Shown here: piece by piece, positions 28,154 through 38,299 of the stretch
How positions within the stretch are numbered: position 1 is the first letter of the stretch
How the letters are laid out: each line of letters begins with the position of its first letter
Assembly (NCBI GenBank): GCA_049513715.1
Contig: JBEKVV010000005.1
Coordinates: forward strand, 1 to 64,000
Length of the DNA stretch: 64,000 nucleotides
Direction: 5' to 3'
From: Candidatus Bathyarchaeia archaeon
GTDB taxonomy: Archaea > Thermoproteota > Bathyarchaeia > 40CM-2-53-6
Made by a program: the position numbers and the translations under genes
The notes under the pieces: generated by a model
Told to the model about the DNA's origin: nothing
The model's input: only the letters and a program-made list of their open reading frames with translations
Database searches by the model: none

Positions 28154-28666
28154 ATGGAATCATTCAAAGTTAACAGAGAACTTCCCAGGGGGCGTTACAA
28201 GCTCACCGAAGTCTTTTCAGGCTTAGACCATGTCGAGCCACTAGCCAGGAGTATCGGCAACCGGGCGCTGCTGGCCAGCATAATTCATGAAACAGATGTC
28301 ACCCTGACGGCCGAAGATGGTTACATGTACGTTGACGATGATGACGGGAGTCTAGTTGTGGGATTGGAATATCTCAGAACCGCAGACCCGAAGTACCTGT
28401 ACTTGGACGTGATTCATGAATTGGTTCACGTCAAGCAGTACCGTGATGGTATGGAGTTATTCGATAGGTCATACAGCTACGTGGACCGGCCCACGGAAAT
28501 AGAGGCGTACAAATGCTGCGTCGAGGAAGCCCGCAACACTGGAATGACGGACGACGCGATCGCTGAATACCTGTACGTGGAATGGATAACGGATAAGGAA
28601 CACGAACAACTATTGAAAACGCTCGGTGTCAAATCCAAACCGCACGGCCACGTAACGTCTTCCTAG
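28154..28666 (+). CDS. HExxH zinc-metalloprotease-like conserved protein
   Basis: VIHELVH...RPTEIEAY. Confidence 0.65.
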   Translation: MESFKVNRELPRGRYKLTEVFSGLDHVEPLARSIGNRALLASIIHETDVTLTAEDGYMYVDDDDGSLVVGLEYLRTADPKYLYLDVIHELVHVKQYRDGMELFDRSYSYVDRPTEIEAYKCCVEEARNTGMTDDAIAEYLYVEWITDKEHEQLLKTLGVKSKPHGHVTSS

Positions 28667-28688
28667 CTTTCTCTTCTTCTCCGTATCA

Positions 28689-29114
28689 TCAGTTGGTCGG
28701 TTTCGATTCTTCCAAGTATTTGACGACGAAGTTGCGGGTATACTCCTCCAGGTCCAGCTTTAAGGCGTCTTCAGGTTTGATCCACACGTACGACTGCAGC
28801 TCTCTGCCATCTAACTGCACATTCTGACTCATCGCTTTACAGAGGTAATCGAGGAAAATGAAGTGTTCATGTTTGCAGTAATGCTTAGGGTAGATAGCTT
28901 GCTGCACAAGCAGGAGTTTGACTGCATCAATGTCCAAACCGGTTTCTTCTTTTACTTCTCGTTGGATGGCATCTTCGGCCAGCTCGCCTAGCTCAATGTG
29001 GCCACCGGGAACTGTGAACTTGTCATTCCATTTGCTCGAGCGAACAATCAACACTTCACCTTTAGGGTTCACCACCAGAGCCCCAACGGTCGCTTCAGGA
29101 TACTGCTGCGCCAT
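28689..29114 (-). CDS. NUDIX hydrolase
   Basis: PGGHIELGE..EDAIQREVKEETGL Nudix box. Confidence 0.92.
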   Translation of the reverse strand: MAQQYPEATVGALVVNPKGEVLIVRSSKWNDKFTVPGGHIELGELAEDAIQREVKEETGLDIDAVKLLLVQQAIYPKHYCKHEHFIFLDYLCKAMSQNVQLDGRELQSYVWIKPEDALKLDLEEYTRNFVVKYLEESKPTN

Positions 29115-29182
29115 GCATGCTCTCCCGGCAAGTTTCAGATAACGCTCCTACGATAATAACGGTGTCCCGAAACCATTCGCAC

Positions 29183-30397
29183 TCAGGATTCGGATTCCCG
29201 CGGTTCATGAATCAGAACAAGAGGAGCGGCGACGATGCACGCCAAGACAACTGAGAGAAGAAATGGGGCTCTCGCACCAAAATCCACCCAGAGTCGACTG
29301 CCTACGTAAGGCGAGATTATCGCCCCCAGTCCTGCGACAGTAGTTATGAAACCGACGATTGACCCTCTCTCCCTCGCCTTCGTGAGATTGGCCATGAGCG
29401 TCTGGTTCCCAACAGTGAAGAACTGAGCGAAGAACCCCGTAACTCCAAAGATAGCAATGGCGAACAAGGGGGATGGCGAATAAATCCAAGGAATAACGAG
29501 GCCTCCAGCCACGATCACGGAGAGAATCATCGTGTTCCTGACCCCGAGTTTCCTCGTAATCGCTCCAGCTCCAAACGCTCCCAACATAGCCGCGAAGGAT
29601 CCTAGCCCTACCATTGCACCAAATTCCGCTTGGGAAAGTCGGAGTTGCTCAGTTGAGAAGATGGCGTAAACCGGCTGCCCGAGACCGGAGAAAAAGTTGA
29701 AAACAAACAGAGCAATCAAAACCAACCAAATGTTTCTTGACAGACGGCGCAGCAAGAAGTGTTCACCGACCGGTTTCTCTTTTCTGCGTGCCTCGAGCGG
29801 CAACGTTTCCCTAACGAAAAAGCCTCTTGTAAGGGCCGCAACGAATCCAGCCACCACCATAACTAAGATGTTAAACTGGAATTTTCCCGGATTCGGCAGG
29901 ACACCTCCAAAGAGACCGCCCAAACTAAGCCCCATATACAGCAGGAAGTAGAGCGTGCCGAAGGCGTTGCCTCGATTCTTATGATCAACAGATTCCGCAA
30001 TGCTCGATGAGAAAGCAGGCTGAACTACCGCGGCAACTGTGGTTGCCACGAGCAAGACAACCAGGGCGACAGTCCACGTGTTAGCATCGAATAGTGCAAG
30101 GTAGATGCCAAACCCCAATGCATTCCCAAACACTATGATCCATTTGCGGCCAAACCTGTCCGCAAGGGCGCCACCGAGAAACGGAAACAGGTAAGTGGCT
30201 ACACCCATTCCGACATACACGAAGCCGATGTCGAGAATACTAGCCCCCAACGATAGAAGGTATAGCGGGATAAACACGTAGAAAGCCTGAGTCCCAAAAT
30301 TCATCAACATCGAAGTCAAACTCAACAATAACACGTTACGATCCAAAGACAGGAACGAGCTCATTCTAGCCCAATTTCGATTTGGAGATGATTCCAT
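29183..30397 (-). CDS. MFS transporter
   Basis: GALADRFGRK motif; about 12 TM. Confidence 0.9.
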   Translation of the reverse strand: MESSPNRNWARMSSFLSLDRNVLLLSLTSMLMNFGTQAFYVFIPLYLLSLGASILDIGFVYVGMGVATYLFPFLGGALADRFGRKWIIVFGNALGFGIYLALFDANTWTVALVVLLVATTVAAVVQPAFSSSIAESVDHKNRGNAFGTLYFLLYMGLSLGGLFGGVLPNPGKFQFNILVMVVAGFVAALTRGFFVRETLPLEARRKEKPVGEHFLLRRLSRNIWLVLIALFVFNFFSGLGQPVYAIFSTEQLRLSQAEFGAMVGLGSFAAMLGAFGAGAITRKLGVRNTMILSVIVAGGLVIPWIYSPSPLFAIAIFGVTGFFAQFFTVGNQTLMANLTKARERGSIVGFITTVAGLGAIISPYVGSRLWVDFGARAPFLLSVVLACIVAAPLVLIHEPRESES

Positions 30398-30504
30398 GGG
30401 TCATTCCATCCCGTTAGTAAGAATCCGTTACGAGCCGCTTGTGGCGGCGAGAGTCTGCAGGATGCGTACCCTTGCGCATGGTCGAAACAGCGAGATTATT
30501 CATT

Positions 30505-30675
30505 TTAACTCTTGCGCATCATGGCCCCGACTACTGATACAACCGAGATGAGGCCGCCAACTACGAGAATCAGGGGCTCCTGCGTTCTGAGATAGACTAG
30601 GCCAGTGAACGCAACCAGAGAAGCGAGGCCCACTAGGTTCAACATAGCCAATCTTGTCTCTTCTCTCAACAACAA
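30505..30675 (-). CDS. small two-TM membrane protein (56 aa, not in the ORF track)
   Basis: own translation MLLREETRLAMLNLVGLASLVAFTGLVYL...MMRKS; AGGTG upstream. Confidence 0.4.
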   Translation of the reverse strand: MLLREETRLAMLNLVGLASLVAFTGLVYLRTQEPLILVVGGLISVVSVVGAMMRKS

Positions 30676-30844
30676 TCACACCTTGACAGGATTCCGAGTT
30701 CAGGCTTTACAAGTATATTTCAGTTCTTCTACAAAGAACCTTTGCAACAATGACCACTCATAATGAAGGAACAAGTTACCTATTCCTCTAAACCTAACGA
30801 GTTTATCTTGGCGTAGCTGAAGAATGGAGATGTAGCGCACTCAC

Positions 30845-32038
30845 TTGGACTCATCTGCATCACTTCGCTCGCCACTTCTGCCGTCTCTGAGGTTTTCGGC
30901 TGACGTAGCGGAAACGGCCTATGAAGTGTACGGAGGCGACGCACCCCTCGTTCTTGAATCTCTCGCGAAACCTGTCTCCACATACTATGTGCGCTGCAAC
31001 ACACACAAAATCGACCCAAAGAACCTCAAATTGAAACTGGAAGAGGAGGGGTTGATAGTGAACCAACATTCAATCATCCCGGAAGCATTGGGTATTCACG
31101 TGGAAGGCCCATTCGATATCCCAATCTTCAACCGGGAAATTGCTGTCGACAAGCGAGCAGCTGAATCAGTACTGCAGGGCGCTGACGTTTACGCCCCCGG
31201 AATCCTGGATGTTGGTTCGATGCGCGTTGGCGATGATGTCACTGTTGTTTCGGAACTTGGTGACGCCGTAGCATCCGGCCATGCGCTGATGAGCGCGAAC
31301 GATGTTTTGACCTTCAGAAAAGGATTAGCTATTCAAGTGGACCATCATCGGTACCACGGTCCCCGCGTCAGAGAGCTTCCGGAGTTCTCTCAAGGCCTCT
31401 TGTATCCTCAATCCTTGGCTGCGATGGCAACTGTACATGTATTGAACCCGAAGCCTGGCGAAACCATTATTGACATGAACTGCGCGCCAGGTGGAAAGCT
31501 CTCGCACATCAGCCAATTGACCTCGAATTCGGGGAGGGTCTTTGGGTTTGACAGGAACTCGCAGAAGATTGCACAGGCCCGGCGGAACCTTACCAATCTC
31601 GGCTGCAATAACGCCATTCTTTCAATACAGGACACAAGATACCTGCCTAACGATTTCCCCAACCTGCAAGCGGACAGAGTGTTAGTCGACCCTCCCTGCA
31701 GTGCGCTCGGGCTCAGACCTAAAGTCCACGATTTCACATCGCGGAAACGTGTGGAGGACCTGGCGAGTTACCAGAAGCAATTCATCAAAGCTGCCAGCAA
31801 AGTCGCGAAACCTGGAGGAGTTGTAGTTTACAGTGTGTGCACGTTCACTGTCCAAGAATGTGAGCAAGTGGTTGATTTTGCCGAGCACGAATGCGGGCTC
31901 CGAACGGTAAGCCAAGTGCCGATGGTGGGTTCCTCAGGTTTGGCTGCGTACGGCGCTCAGGGCTCGCTTTGCCAACGATTTCATCCCCATGTGCATGAGG
32001 TGGGGTATTTCATAGCAAAATTCGAACGAGAAAAGTAG
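30845..32038 (+). CDS. RsmB/NOP2-family RNA m5C methyltransferase with PUA domain
   Basis: PUA (SVLQGADVYAPG), DMNCAPGGK, DPPCS, YSVCT. Confidence 0.9.
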   Translation: MDSSASLRSPLLPSLRFSADVAETAYEVYGGDAPLVLESLAKPVSTYYVRCNTHKIDPKNLKLKLEEEGLIVNQHSIIPEALGIHVEGPFDIPIFNREIAVDKRAAESVLQGADVYAPGILDVGSMRVGDDVTVVSELGDAVASGHALMSANDVLTFRKGLAIQVDHHRYHGPRVRELPEFSQGLLYPQSLAAMATVHVLNPKPGETIIDMNCAPGGKLSHISQLTSNSGRVFGFDRNSQKIAQARRNLTNLGCNNAILSIQDTRYLPNDFPNLQADRVLVDPPCSALGLRPKVHDFTSRKRVEDLASYQKQFIKAASKVAKPGGVVVYSVCTFTVQECEQVVDFAEHECGLRTVSQVPMVGSSGLAAYGAQGSLCQRFHPHVHEVGYFIAKFEREK

Positions 32039-32078
32039 CAGTAACGAAGCACATTACCTGCATAGTTGCGGTGGTAAG

Positions 32079-32375
32079 ATGGACCTGCCTGAGAACGTTT
32101 TGACTAAAGGAAAGGCTGGGAAACTTGAGGTTAGGAGCCTTGAGTCTCGCGGTAGCTATGTGATCTGCAAATACCTGGACCCGAAGACTATGAAGTCGGC
32201 AGGCCAGAAGCGCAAGCTCATGCTTAGAGACAAAGATGGGAGGGTTATCGAATTCTTCATCATCCCCTTCAAAGACCCCAACAGAGCGCTTCTAATCTCA
32301 GCCAAAACCGCGGAAAAGGAACGCCAAGTCTGGAACGAGAAACTGGGTAGCGCCGAAGACGTTTGGGCCGATTGA
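32079..32375 (+). CDS. conserved hypothetical protein
   Basis: compact ORF with GGTGG upstream. Confidence 0.6.
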   Translation: MDLPENVLTKGKAGKLEVRSLESRGSYVICKYLDPKTMKSAGQKRKLMLRDKDGRVIEFFIIPFKDPNRALLISAKTAEKERQVWNEKLGSAEDVWAD

Positions 32376-32378
32376 CCT

Positions 32379-32990
32379 CTAGGGTGAGGCCACGGGAAGA
32401 ATCTGAATCAAAGATTTTAGTGGGAGTCCATCAATTTTCGTCATGCCGCTCTTGTTAACCAAAACCAGAACACCTACAGGCTTTGCTTTTGCATCTCGCA
32501 AGGTCTGAATAGCGGCCCTGTGGGTTACCCCAGCCCGAAGTACTGCGTCAGCAACCAGCACTTTCTTTCCGGCAACACTGTGGAACGACGGGTTGACCAA
32601 GCCAGGAACCTTCTTGCGGTTGATTCTATGGGAGCGAACGGCCGCGAAGGGTTTCTCCCATTCCTTGGCAAGGGCAACGCCCAGAACCATCCCACTACCT
32701 TCAACCGCAACTATGACGTCCGGTTCCGGAAATTCTGATGCCTTCACAGACTCGCGTGCTAGGTCAGCCAAGGCTGACGCAATCGCCGACAGACGTTTTC
32801 CATGCGATCCCAAAGAACTCCAATCAACGAAGACATCGTGCGGTGGATGTTTCGATGCCCGTTCTTTTCCTTTGAGTAGAAGCCAAACCACGGTGTCAGG
32901 TTGGACCTTCAACTCGTCAGCTATTTCGTATGTTGAAAGGCCCTTTGACTTGAGCGCCTGGGCTCTCTTAACGAGCTCCTTTGCCACCAA
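32379..32990 (-). CDS. orotate phosphoribosyltransferase-like protein with N-terminal HTH (GfcR-like)
   Basis: LKSKGLSTYEIADELKV..TVVWLL; DVFVDWS; degenerate PRPP loop. Confidence 0.8.
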   Translation of the reverse strand: MVAKELVKRAQALKSKGLSTYEIADELKVQPDTVVWLLLKGKERASKHPPHDVFVDWSSLGSHGKRLSAIASALADLARESVKASEFPEPDVIVAVEGSGMVLGVALAKEWEKPFAAVRSHRINRKKVPGLVNPSFHSVAGKKVLVADAVLRAGVTHRAAIQTLRDAKAKPVGVLVLVNKSGMTKIDGLPLKSLIQILPVASP

Positions 32991-33091
32991 CCAAACAAAC
33001 CCCCGCGCAAACGCGGCTATTGTCCAGTTGATGTCTTATAAGGGCTAGTGAACTTCTACGGAAGTCGGCATCAAGAAAGTGAGCAACCCGT

Positions 33092-34063
33092 TTGTCGAAA
33101 CCGTCTCTCGCATTGCAAGAATATTCTTTCGAAATATCATCAAGCCAAGTCAACGGTCCCCTTAACCTGAATGAGACTGTGCTCAGCGCCCAAACATCAG
33201 AACCCGAATGGCAAAGAGAGACCGAAGGGTTTACTGATATTGAAGAACTTGGAGAAATTCCTGTAAAGTACACGCTTAAGCAAAGCGGCGATTCCGACCG
33301 TTTTGAAATCGAGGCTAGGGCCGTAAGCTCAAGGCCAGACAGCCATTCGTCGGCCGAATTGGAGTCACATTTGCACAAAGTTTTGGGCCTAAGGGATGAC
33401 CTCTTGTCTTTCTACTGGGCCTTTGAGGGCGACGAGCCGCTCGCTTCGACGTTCTCGTTGCTGCGGGGCCTAAGGCTGATGCGTGGTACGAACCTTTTTG
33501 AAAGCTTGATCTGTTCCATCTTGTCACAGAACAACTCTGCTTTGCTCTGGAATCGGACCGCTCGCCTCATGATGAAGCTTTACGGCCGCCGAGTTGATTT
33601 TCCCGACGGCTCAACTTCCAATCTTTTCCCGAATCCGCAAGCATTGGCGAAGGTGTCTGCGAGGGAACTCCAGTCGAAGACGTCTATGGGTTACAGGGCG
33701 AAGCCGGTCGTCCAGGTCTCGCGGATGGTCACTAGCGGCGAATTTAGACTCGATGAAGTGGCCACTTCTGGTTATGATGAAGCTATGGAGATGCTGCTTG
33801 AACTTCCAGGTGTTGGGCCTAAGGTTGCGGATTGCTTCCTCCTTTACGGAGCTGGAAAACTTGAAGCAGCGCCCGTTGACGTTTGGATCCATAGGATAGT
33901 CACACGCCTCTACTTCAGGGGGCGGAGGGTAAGCAGATTGAAGACTGCTGGGTTTCTGCGAGAGCGATTCGGTGGCTGGGCCGGGTACGCACAATTGTAC
34001 TTGTTCGATTATGTGCGACGAACCGCACAAGCAAGAGGCAAATCCAATAAGAGTCCGCCCTAA
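33092..34063 (+). CDS. HhH-GPD DNA glycosylase (Ogg1/AlkA type)
   Basis: ESLICSILSQN, LPGVGPKVADC, PVDVWI, WAGYAQLYLF. Confidence 0.88.
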   Translation: MSKPSLALQEYSFEISSSQVNGPLNLNETVLSAQTSEPEWQRETEGFTDIEELGEIPVKYTLKQSGDSDRFEIEARAVSSRPDSHSSAELESHLHKVLGLRDDLLSFYWAFEGDEPLASTFSLLRGLRLMRGTNLFESLICSILSQNNSALLWNRTARLMMKLYGRRVDFPDGSTSNLFPNPQALAKVSARELQSKTSMGYRAKPVVQVSRMVTSGEFRLDEVATSGYDEAMEMLLELPGVGPKVADCFLLYGAGKLEAAPVDVWIHRIVTRLYFRGRRVSRLKTAGFLRERFGGWAGYAQLYLFDYVRRTAQARGKSNKSPP

Positions 34064-34593
34064 GTTTTAGTATGTCTCTTCTTGGCAGCTTGTTTCCGCA
34101 GAGGTTTCCGTTTCAGTTTGGTCCCGCAGACGGGACACTCTTGGATGTCTCCTGCAGGATAACGCCGGTAACACGCAGGGCAGTAATTGGTCCAGATGAA
34201 TTTGTGCCGTATACCCAATGTAGCGAGCGGTTGATAGCTGATACCAATTCCCTCCGCCACATTCTGAATCGCGTAATCATCGCTCACGATGATCGGCAGA
34301 TTACCTTCATTCCTTAGATCTAGAGCTAACGCTATGACGCAGGTATCCGCCCTCGAAAGTGCAACTTTATCCCCTAGCAGCTTGGCGCTCTCTGCAACAG
34401 ATTTGAGCGAGGCTGTTGTTGGACTTTGAATTCTCAATTTTCCAGATGAACTCGACACAGTGAGCCTGTAAGAGGGCCCAGTTTGCTGTCTCAGCTCCTC
34501 CGCAACTTCGGGAACCGAGTAAGACTCGGAATCAAGGCCGAGGGGGTCTAATCCCATAATGAAAGCAGATGTATCCAAAACAAGGACTTTCAC
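34060..34593 (-). CDS. nob1: Nob1-type PIN endoribonuclease
   Basis: VLDTSAFI, SDDYAIQNVA, C-terminal Zn ribbon. Confidence 0.88.
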   Translation of the reverse strand: MKVLVLDTSAFIMGLDPLGLDSESYSVPEVAEELRQQTGPSYRLTVSSSSGKLRIQSPTTASLKSVAESAKLLGDKVALSRADTCVIALALDLRNEGNLPIIVSDDYAIQNVAEGIGISYQPLATLGIRHKFIWTNYCPACYRRYPAGDIQECPVCGTKLKRKPLRKQAAKKRHTKT

Positions 34594-35432
34594 AAATCCA
34601 TTCGCTCCATCTTATGAAGGCGAGTTAGGCTTCCCAAGGTCGGCGCTGGCCCCAATCGCACGAAGACCGAATAGTGTTCTGCCTTCCGAATCACAAGCCT
34701 AACGTCTTGCGCAAGCTCTCTCTGAAATCGGCCATCTGCCACAACCAGCGCTCTGAGTCTGGGGTTAGTCAACTGGATCGAGAGGGAGCGATCCATCGAC
34801 AGCACAATTGGCCTAATGAACTCGAGCGGACAAATGAAGGTGACAACAAACGCGTCCACAGCAGAATCGACGACGGGGCCGCCTGCCGACAGGGCATAAG
34901 CTGTTGACCCTGTGGCAGTTGAGACAATGACACCATCTCCTCTGAGATGTACGAGTTCCTGCGAGTTCGCTGTAAGTCGAAGATCGAGCATCTTGGAGGG
35001 GCTTCCAGATGATACAACCAGCTCGTTTAGGGCGTCAACGATATGCGTTTCATTCATGTGAACAGCTAACTTCGAGCGTTTTTCTAGCCTGCACTTTCCT
35101 TTCATGAAAAGGTCGACCGCACGCAACGCTTTGGGTGGTTCAACTTCGGTAAGGTACCCTCGCCTTCCCATGTTTACTGCCAAAATCGGGGTTTCAGGGT
35201 TAGGAATGCTCATGCACGTTTTGAGGACTGTGCCGTCGCCGCCCACGGTCATCACGAGGTCGGCCCTTAGATCAGTGAGATCCTTTCCATCCCCCAGCCG
35301 GGCTCGCTTGGCCAGTTCCAGTTCCGCGTTGACGGTGACGCCTCTCTTCCTCAGTTGCTTGGCCAGAGTGGCCGCAACCTCAAGTGCTCTGGCGTCGTCC
35401 AGCCTTGAAACTAGGCCGACTTTGAGAACCAA
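34590..35432 (-). CDS. nadK: NAD+ kinase
   Basis: GGDGTVL, ALNE, DGVIVSTATGSTAYALSAGGP. Confidence 0.95.
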   Translation of the reverse strand: MVLKVGLVSRLDDARALEVAATLAKQLRKRGVTVNAELELAKRARLGDGKDLTDLRADLVMTVGGDGTVLKTCMSIPNPETPILAVNMGRRGYLTEVEPPKALRAVDLFMKGKCRLEKRSKLAVHMNETHIVDALNELVVSSGSPSKMLDLRLTANSQELVHLRGDGVIVSTATGSTAYALSAGGPVVDSAVDAFVVTFICPLEFIRPIVLSMDRSLSIQLTNPRLRALVVADGRFQRELAQDVRLVIRKAEHYSVFVRLGPAPTLGSLTRLHKMERMDL

Positions 35433-35624
35433 TATTGCTTCTCCAGGAAAAAACAGTAACCACGGCTAGGATAATTAAGTAATTCATTCAAAGTCCAAAA
35501 CTTGTTTGGAAGTTTGCCTCTTCTAAATTTCCGTTAAGTGACGGGACTGCCAGACAAGCTTTTTAGACGAAGAGTGTGCGTTTACAGGTTCGGTTCTCAG
35601 ATTGGAGCAAGCAGGGGAACGACA

Positions 35625-36020
35625 CTGAGCAAACCAGTAGACGTTGGTTCCGTGAAGATTGGTCAGTACATTATCGTAGATGGTGAACCCTGCAAAGTCG
35701 TCGAATTTGAGAAATCCAAGCCAGGAAAGCATGGGGCCGCAAAGGCGAGAATAGTTGCCATCAGTGTTACAACAGGAACCAAGAAGAATGTCATGAGTCC
35801 GGTTGACGGCCGGATTGACGTTCCAATGATCGAGAAGAAAACGGGCCAAGTACTTGCTTTTGTGGGTACCAATGTGCAAATCATGGATATGCAATCGTAC
35901 GAGACTTTCGAAACACCCATTCCCGAGGAAGAAGAAATCAAATCAAAACTCGGCCCTGGCGTAGAAGTTGAATACTGGCAGATGCTGGGGCAGAACAAGA
36001 TAATGCGAACGAAGGGTTAA
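35625..36020 (+). CDS. eif5a: translation factor aIF-5A (probable CTG start)
   Basis: [10 protein letters not shown] hypusine motif. Confidence 0.95.
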   Translation: MSKPVDVGSVKIGQYIIVDGEPCKVVEFEKSKPGKHGAAKARIVAISVTTGTKKNVMSPVDGRIDVPMIEKKTGQVLAFVGTNVQIMDMQSYETFETPIPEEEEIKSKLGPGVEVEYWQMLGQNKIMRTKG

Positions 36021-36057
36021 TTCCACATCACGCCTCTCCGGTTGTGAAGGCCTCTTA

Positions 36058-36987
36058 TTGCCCCTAGTGTCCCACATCAAGATCAAGCGCGGCATGTCAA
36101 TATCAGACATCGCAAGCCAAATGGAAGCAGTCAAAGTCCTCGGACCAGGGCGATTCGGCAAAGCCGCAAACATTCTCACTGAAATGTTCCGCGACAGAAA
36201 TTACACCAATTTCATCTCTCTCGCAGGCCCAATGATACCCGGCGGCCTTAGAACCATCATCACCGACCTCGTTGACCGGAGATTAATAGACGGAATCGTC
36301 ACAACTGGTGCAAATGTAACCCATGATATGCTAGAAAGCTTAGGGCATAGGCACATTGTTGGCTCAGAACTCTCAGACGACAGGGCACTAAAACGAAAAG
36401 GCTTGTCACGCATCTTCGACCTATTGGTCAAGCAAAGTGCAATTGAGCACCTGGAAAAGACCACCTACCGAATGTTGAACCGAATTCCGGAATCCAAGCG
36501 CCGTAACATCGCAAGCCATGAATTGCTGTGGGAGTTTGGGGATCAACTTCGCGACCCCAACTCCTTGCTGCGCACTGCCCAAAAGCGAAAAGTGCCGATC
36601 TTCTGTCCAGGAATCTTCGACTCCATGTTGGGGTTGAACCTTTGGACGTACAGCCGGACCAACACGCTCCTCGTCAACCCGTTCAAAGACTTCTCAAGGT
36701 TGGTGGATCTGACGTACGAGCGCAAGAAAACTGGCGTTGTGATTTTGGGGGGCGGTATGCCCAAGCACCATGTTCTCATAGCCAACTCATACAGAGGCGG
36801 AGTTGACGCAGCGATTCAGATTACCCTAGACCGACCCGAAGGAGGAGGAGCCAGCGGGGCACCCCTAGAGGAAGCAATTAGTTGGGGGAAGATCAAAACG
36901 CCGAATAAGCTGGTGACGATTCTGGGAGACGCCGCAGTCATGTTTCCGTTGCTAACCGCGGCAGCTTTAGAGCGATTGAAAACCTAG
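36058..36987 (+). CDS. dys: deoxyhypusine synthase
   Basis: GGGMPKH, SGAPLEEAISWGK; adjacent to aIF-5A. Confidence 0.92.
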   Translation: MPLVSHIKIKRGMSISDIASQMEAVKVLGPGRFGKAANILTEMFRDRNYTNFISLAGPMIPGGLRTIITDLVDRRLIDGIVTTGANVTHDMLESLGHRHIVGSELSDDRALKRKGLSRIFDLLVKQSAIEHLEKTTYRMLNRIPESKRRNIASHELLWEFGDQLRDPNSLLRTAQKRKVPIFCPGIFDSMLGLNLWTYSRTNTLLVNPFKDFSRLVDLTYERKKTGVVILGGGMPKHHVLIANSYRGGVDAAIQITLDRPEGGGASGAPLEEAISWGKIKTPNKLVTILGDAAVMFPLLTAAALERLKT

Positions 36988-37002
36988 TCTTGTCGAGCGT
37001 GC

Positions 37003-37392
37003 CTACCTCAAGCGTGGAAGATGAACCTCGAGCACGCCACGTTTGAAACTGGTTTGAATCTTACTTTCATCGACGGGTACTGGTATTTGGATTCTCGCGT
37101 GGTAGCATGTGAATTCTCCGTGTCTATGTTTCAATCCGAGATCCTTGAACGTAATCTTCCTAGTTGTTTCGGCGTAGACTTCAATGCAATCATTTGTAGG
37201 GCAGTCCAATTTGACCTGTTTATGTTCCACGTATGGCAGATCCACTGTTAGAACCACTTCCTTTGCGGCCACAAAGAGGTTGTATAACGGCCGAATGCAG
37301 GCCGCGGCGGCGTTCCAACCTGAACCATGAGGAAGTGACATTACCGGCGGTTCAACTGCAGATCGATGGCTCTTCGTGTGTTCAGAGCTCAA
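37003..37392 (-). CDS. Hsp20/alpha-crystallin small heat-shock protein
   Basis: VDLP, IPVPVD...FKRGVLEVHLP. Confidence 0.8.
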   Translation of the reverse strand: MSSEHTKSHRSAVEPPVMSLPHGSGWNAAAACIRPLYNLFVAAKEVVLTVDLPYVEHKQVKLDCPTNDCIEVYAETTRKITFKDLGLKHRHGEFTCYHARIQIPVPVDESKIQTSFKRGVLEVHLPRLR

Positions 37393-37398
37393 AGTAAT

Positions 37399-38160
37399 TC
37401 ACCCGTACAATGGTGGCAAGTCATATTCGTGAGCCTTGTTCATCTTCGCCATCTCTTCCTGCGTTCGATGCATCATATCCTTACTTTTCAGCCGAATTTC
37501 CTCACCTCTCTTCAGAAGTTCCGAGACGTCAACCTTGAGGTCGAGAATCTTGTTAACGGCTGTTAACGCTGCTCCTGCGGCTTCCGGGTCTGGATAATTG
37601 TAATGCGATTGTGTGAGCAGCGCTATCGCTGGAACTGATAACTCTGCACACCTTCGAAGTATCAAACCATAAGCCCCAACAATGTAGCCTTCCTCCAGAA
37701 CCTCAGCAGCACCCTTCAATTTTGGTTCAAGGTTCAGCTCTGAAAGCGCTGCGAAGACTTTGGGAACATCAATATCTTGCCTGTTCGTGACGGCCATTCC
37801 GCCCAAGGACAGCATCAAAGCTGCATCTTTGCTCTTCGCCCAGTCAACGAGACTGTTCGCCAGCGGTCGAAGAATGGCTGTCGGGACGGCTGTCTCCGAA
37901 ATCACGACAACCAAAGATTTGCCCGCGAAGACTCGGATTGGCGATTTCGGAAGCCCCCTATGCAACACTATAATCGGTGGGAGGAGCTCGGATTCAACAG
38001 AACCCACTTCCTGTAGATTCAATGAACTAATGATATGCGAAGCCGCAAGCAACCCCACTAGCCCAACATCCGGCAGACCGTTAATTATGATGCAACGCTT
38101 CGGAACCACACCGGTCTCCACAATCCGAAAAACTTCTTGTTCAGACAGTTTCGCAGGCAT
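37399..38160 (-). CDS. PAC2-family proteasome assembly chaperone
   Basis: GLPDVGLVG, PIRVF, YPDPEAA, terminal LYG. Confidence 0.88.
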   Translation of the reverse strand: MPAKLSEQEVFRIVETGVVPKRCIIINGLPDVGLVGLLAASHIISSLNLQEVGSVESELLPPIIVLHRGLPKSPIRVFAGKSLVVVISETAVPTAILRPLANSLVDWAKSKDAALMLSLGGMAVTNRQDIDVPKVFAALSELNLEPKLKGAAEVLEEGYIVGAYGLILRRCAELSVPAIALLTQSHYNYPDPEAAGAALTAVNKILDLKVDVSELLKRGEEIRLKSKDMMHRTQEEMAKMNKAHEYDLPPLYG

Positions 38161-38299
38161 CTCATGGAACCCTTCTAACAGGTCAGAAAGCTGATGGGAA
38201 GCAATGTTAGCGAGTAATTAAACGGTTCGTAGAGCCTTCAAAGAACTTTTAGGCCGTGTCGAACAACGCATGCGATGAATAATCACGTAGGGCAAAACC

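Noticed and set aside
29269..29290. CTCGCACCA in the MFS gene (and CTCGCACC at the hicA end, 26644)
   Set aside because: Coding sequence lacking both arms and the GTTCAA register; likely chance.
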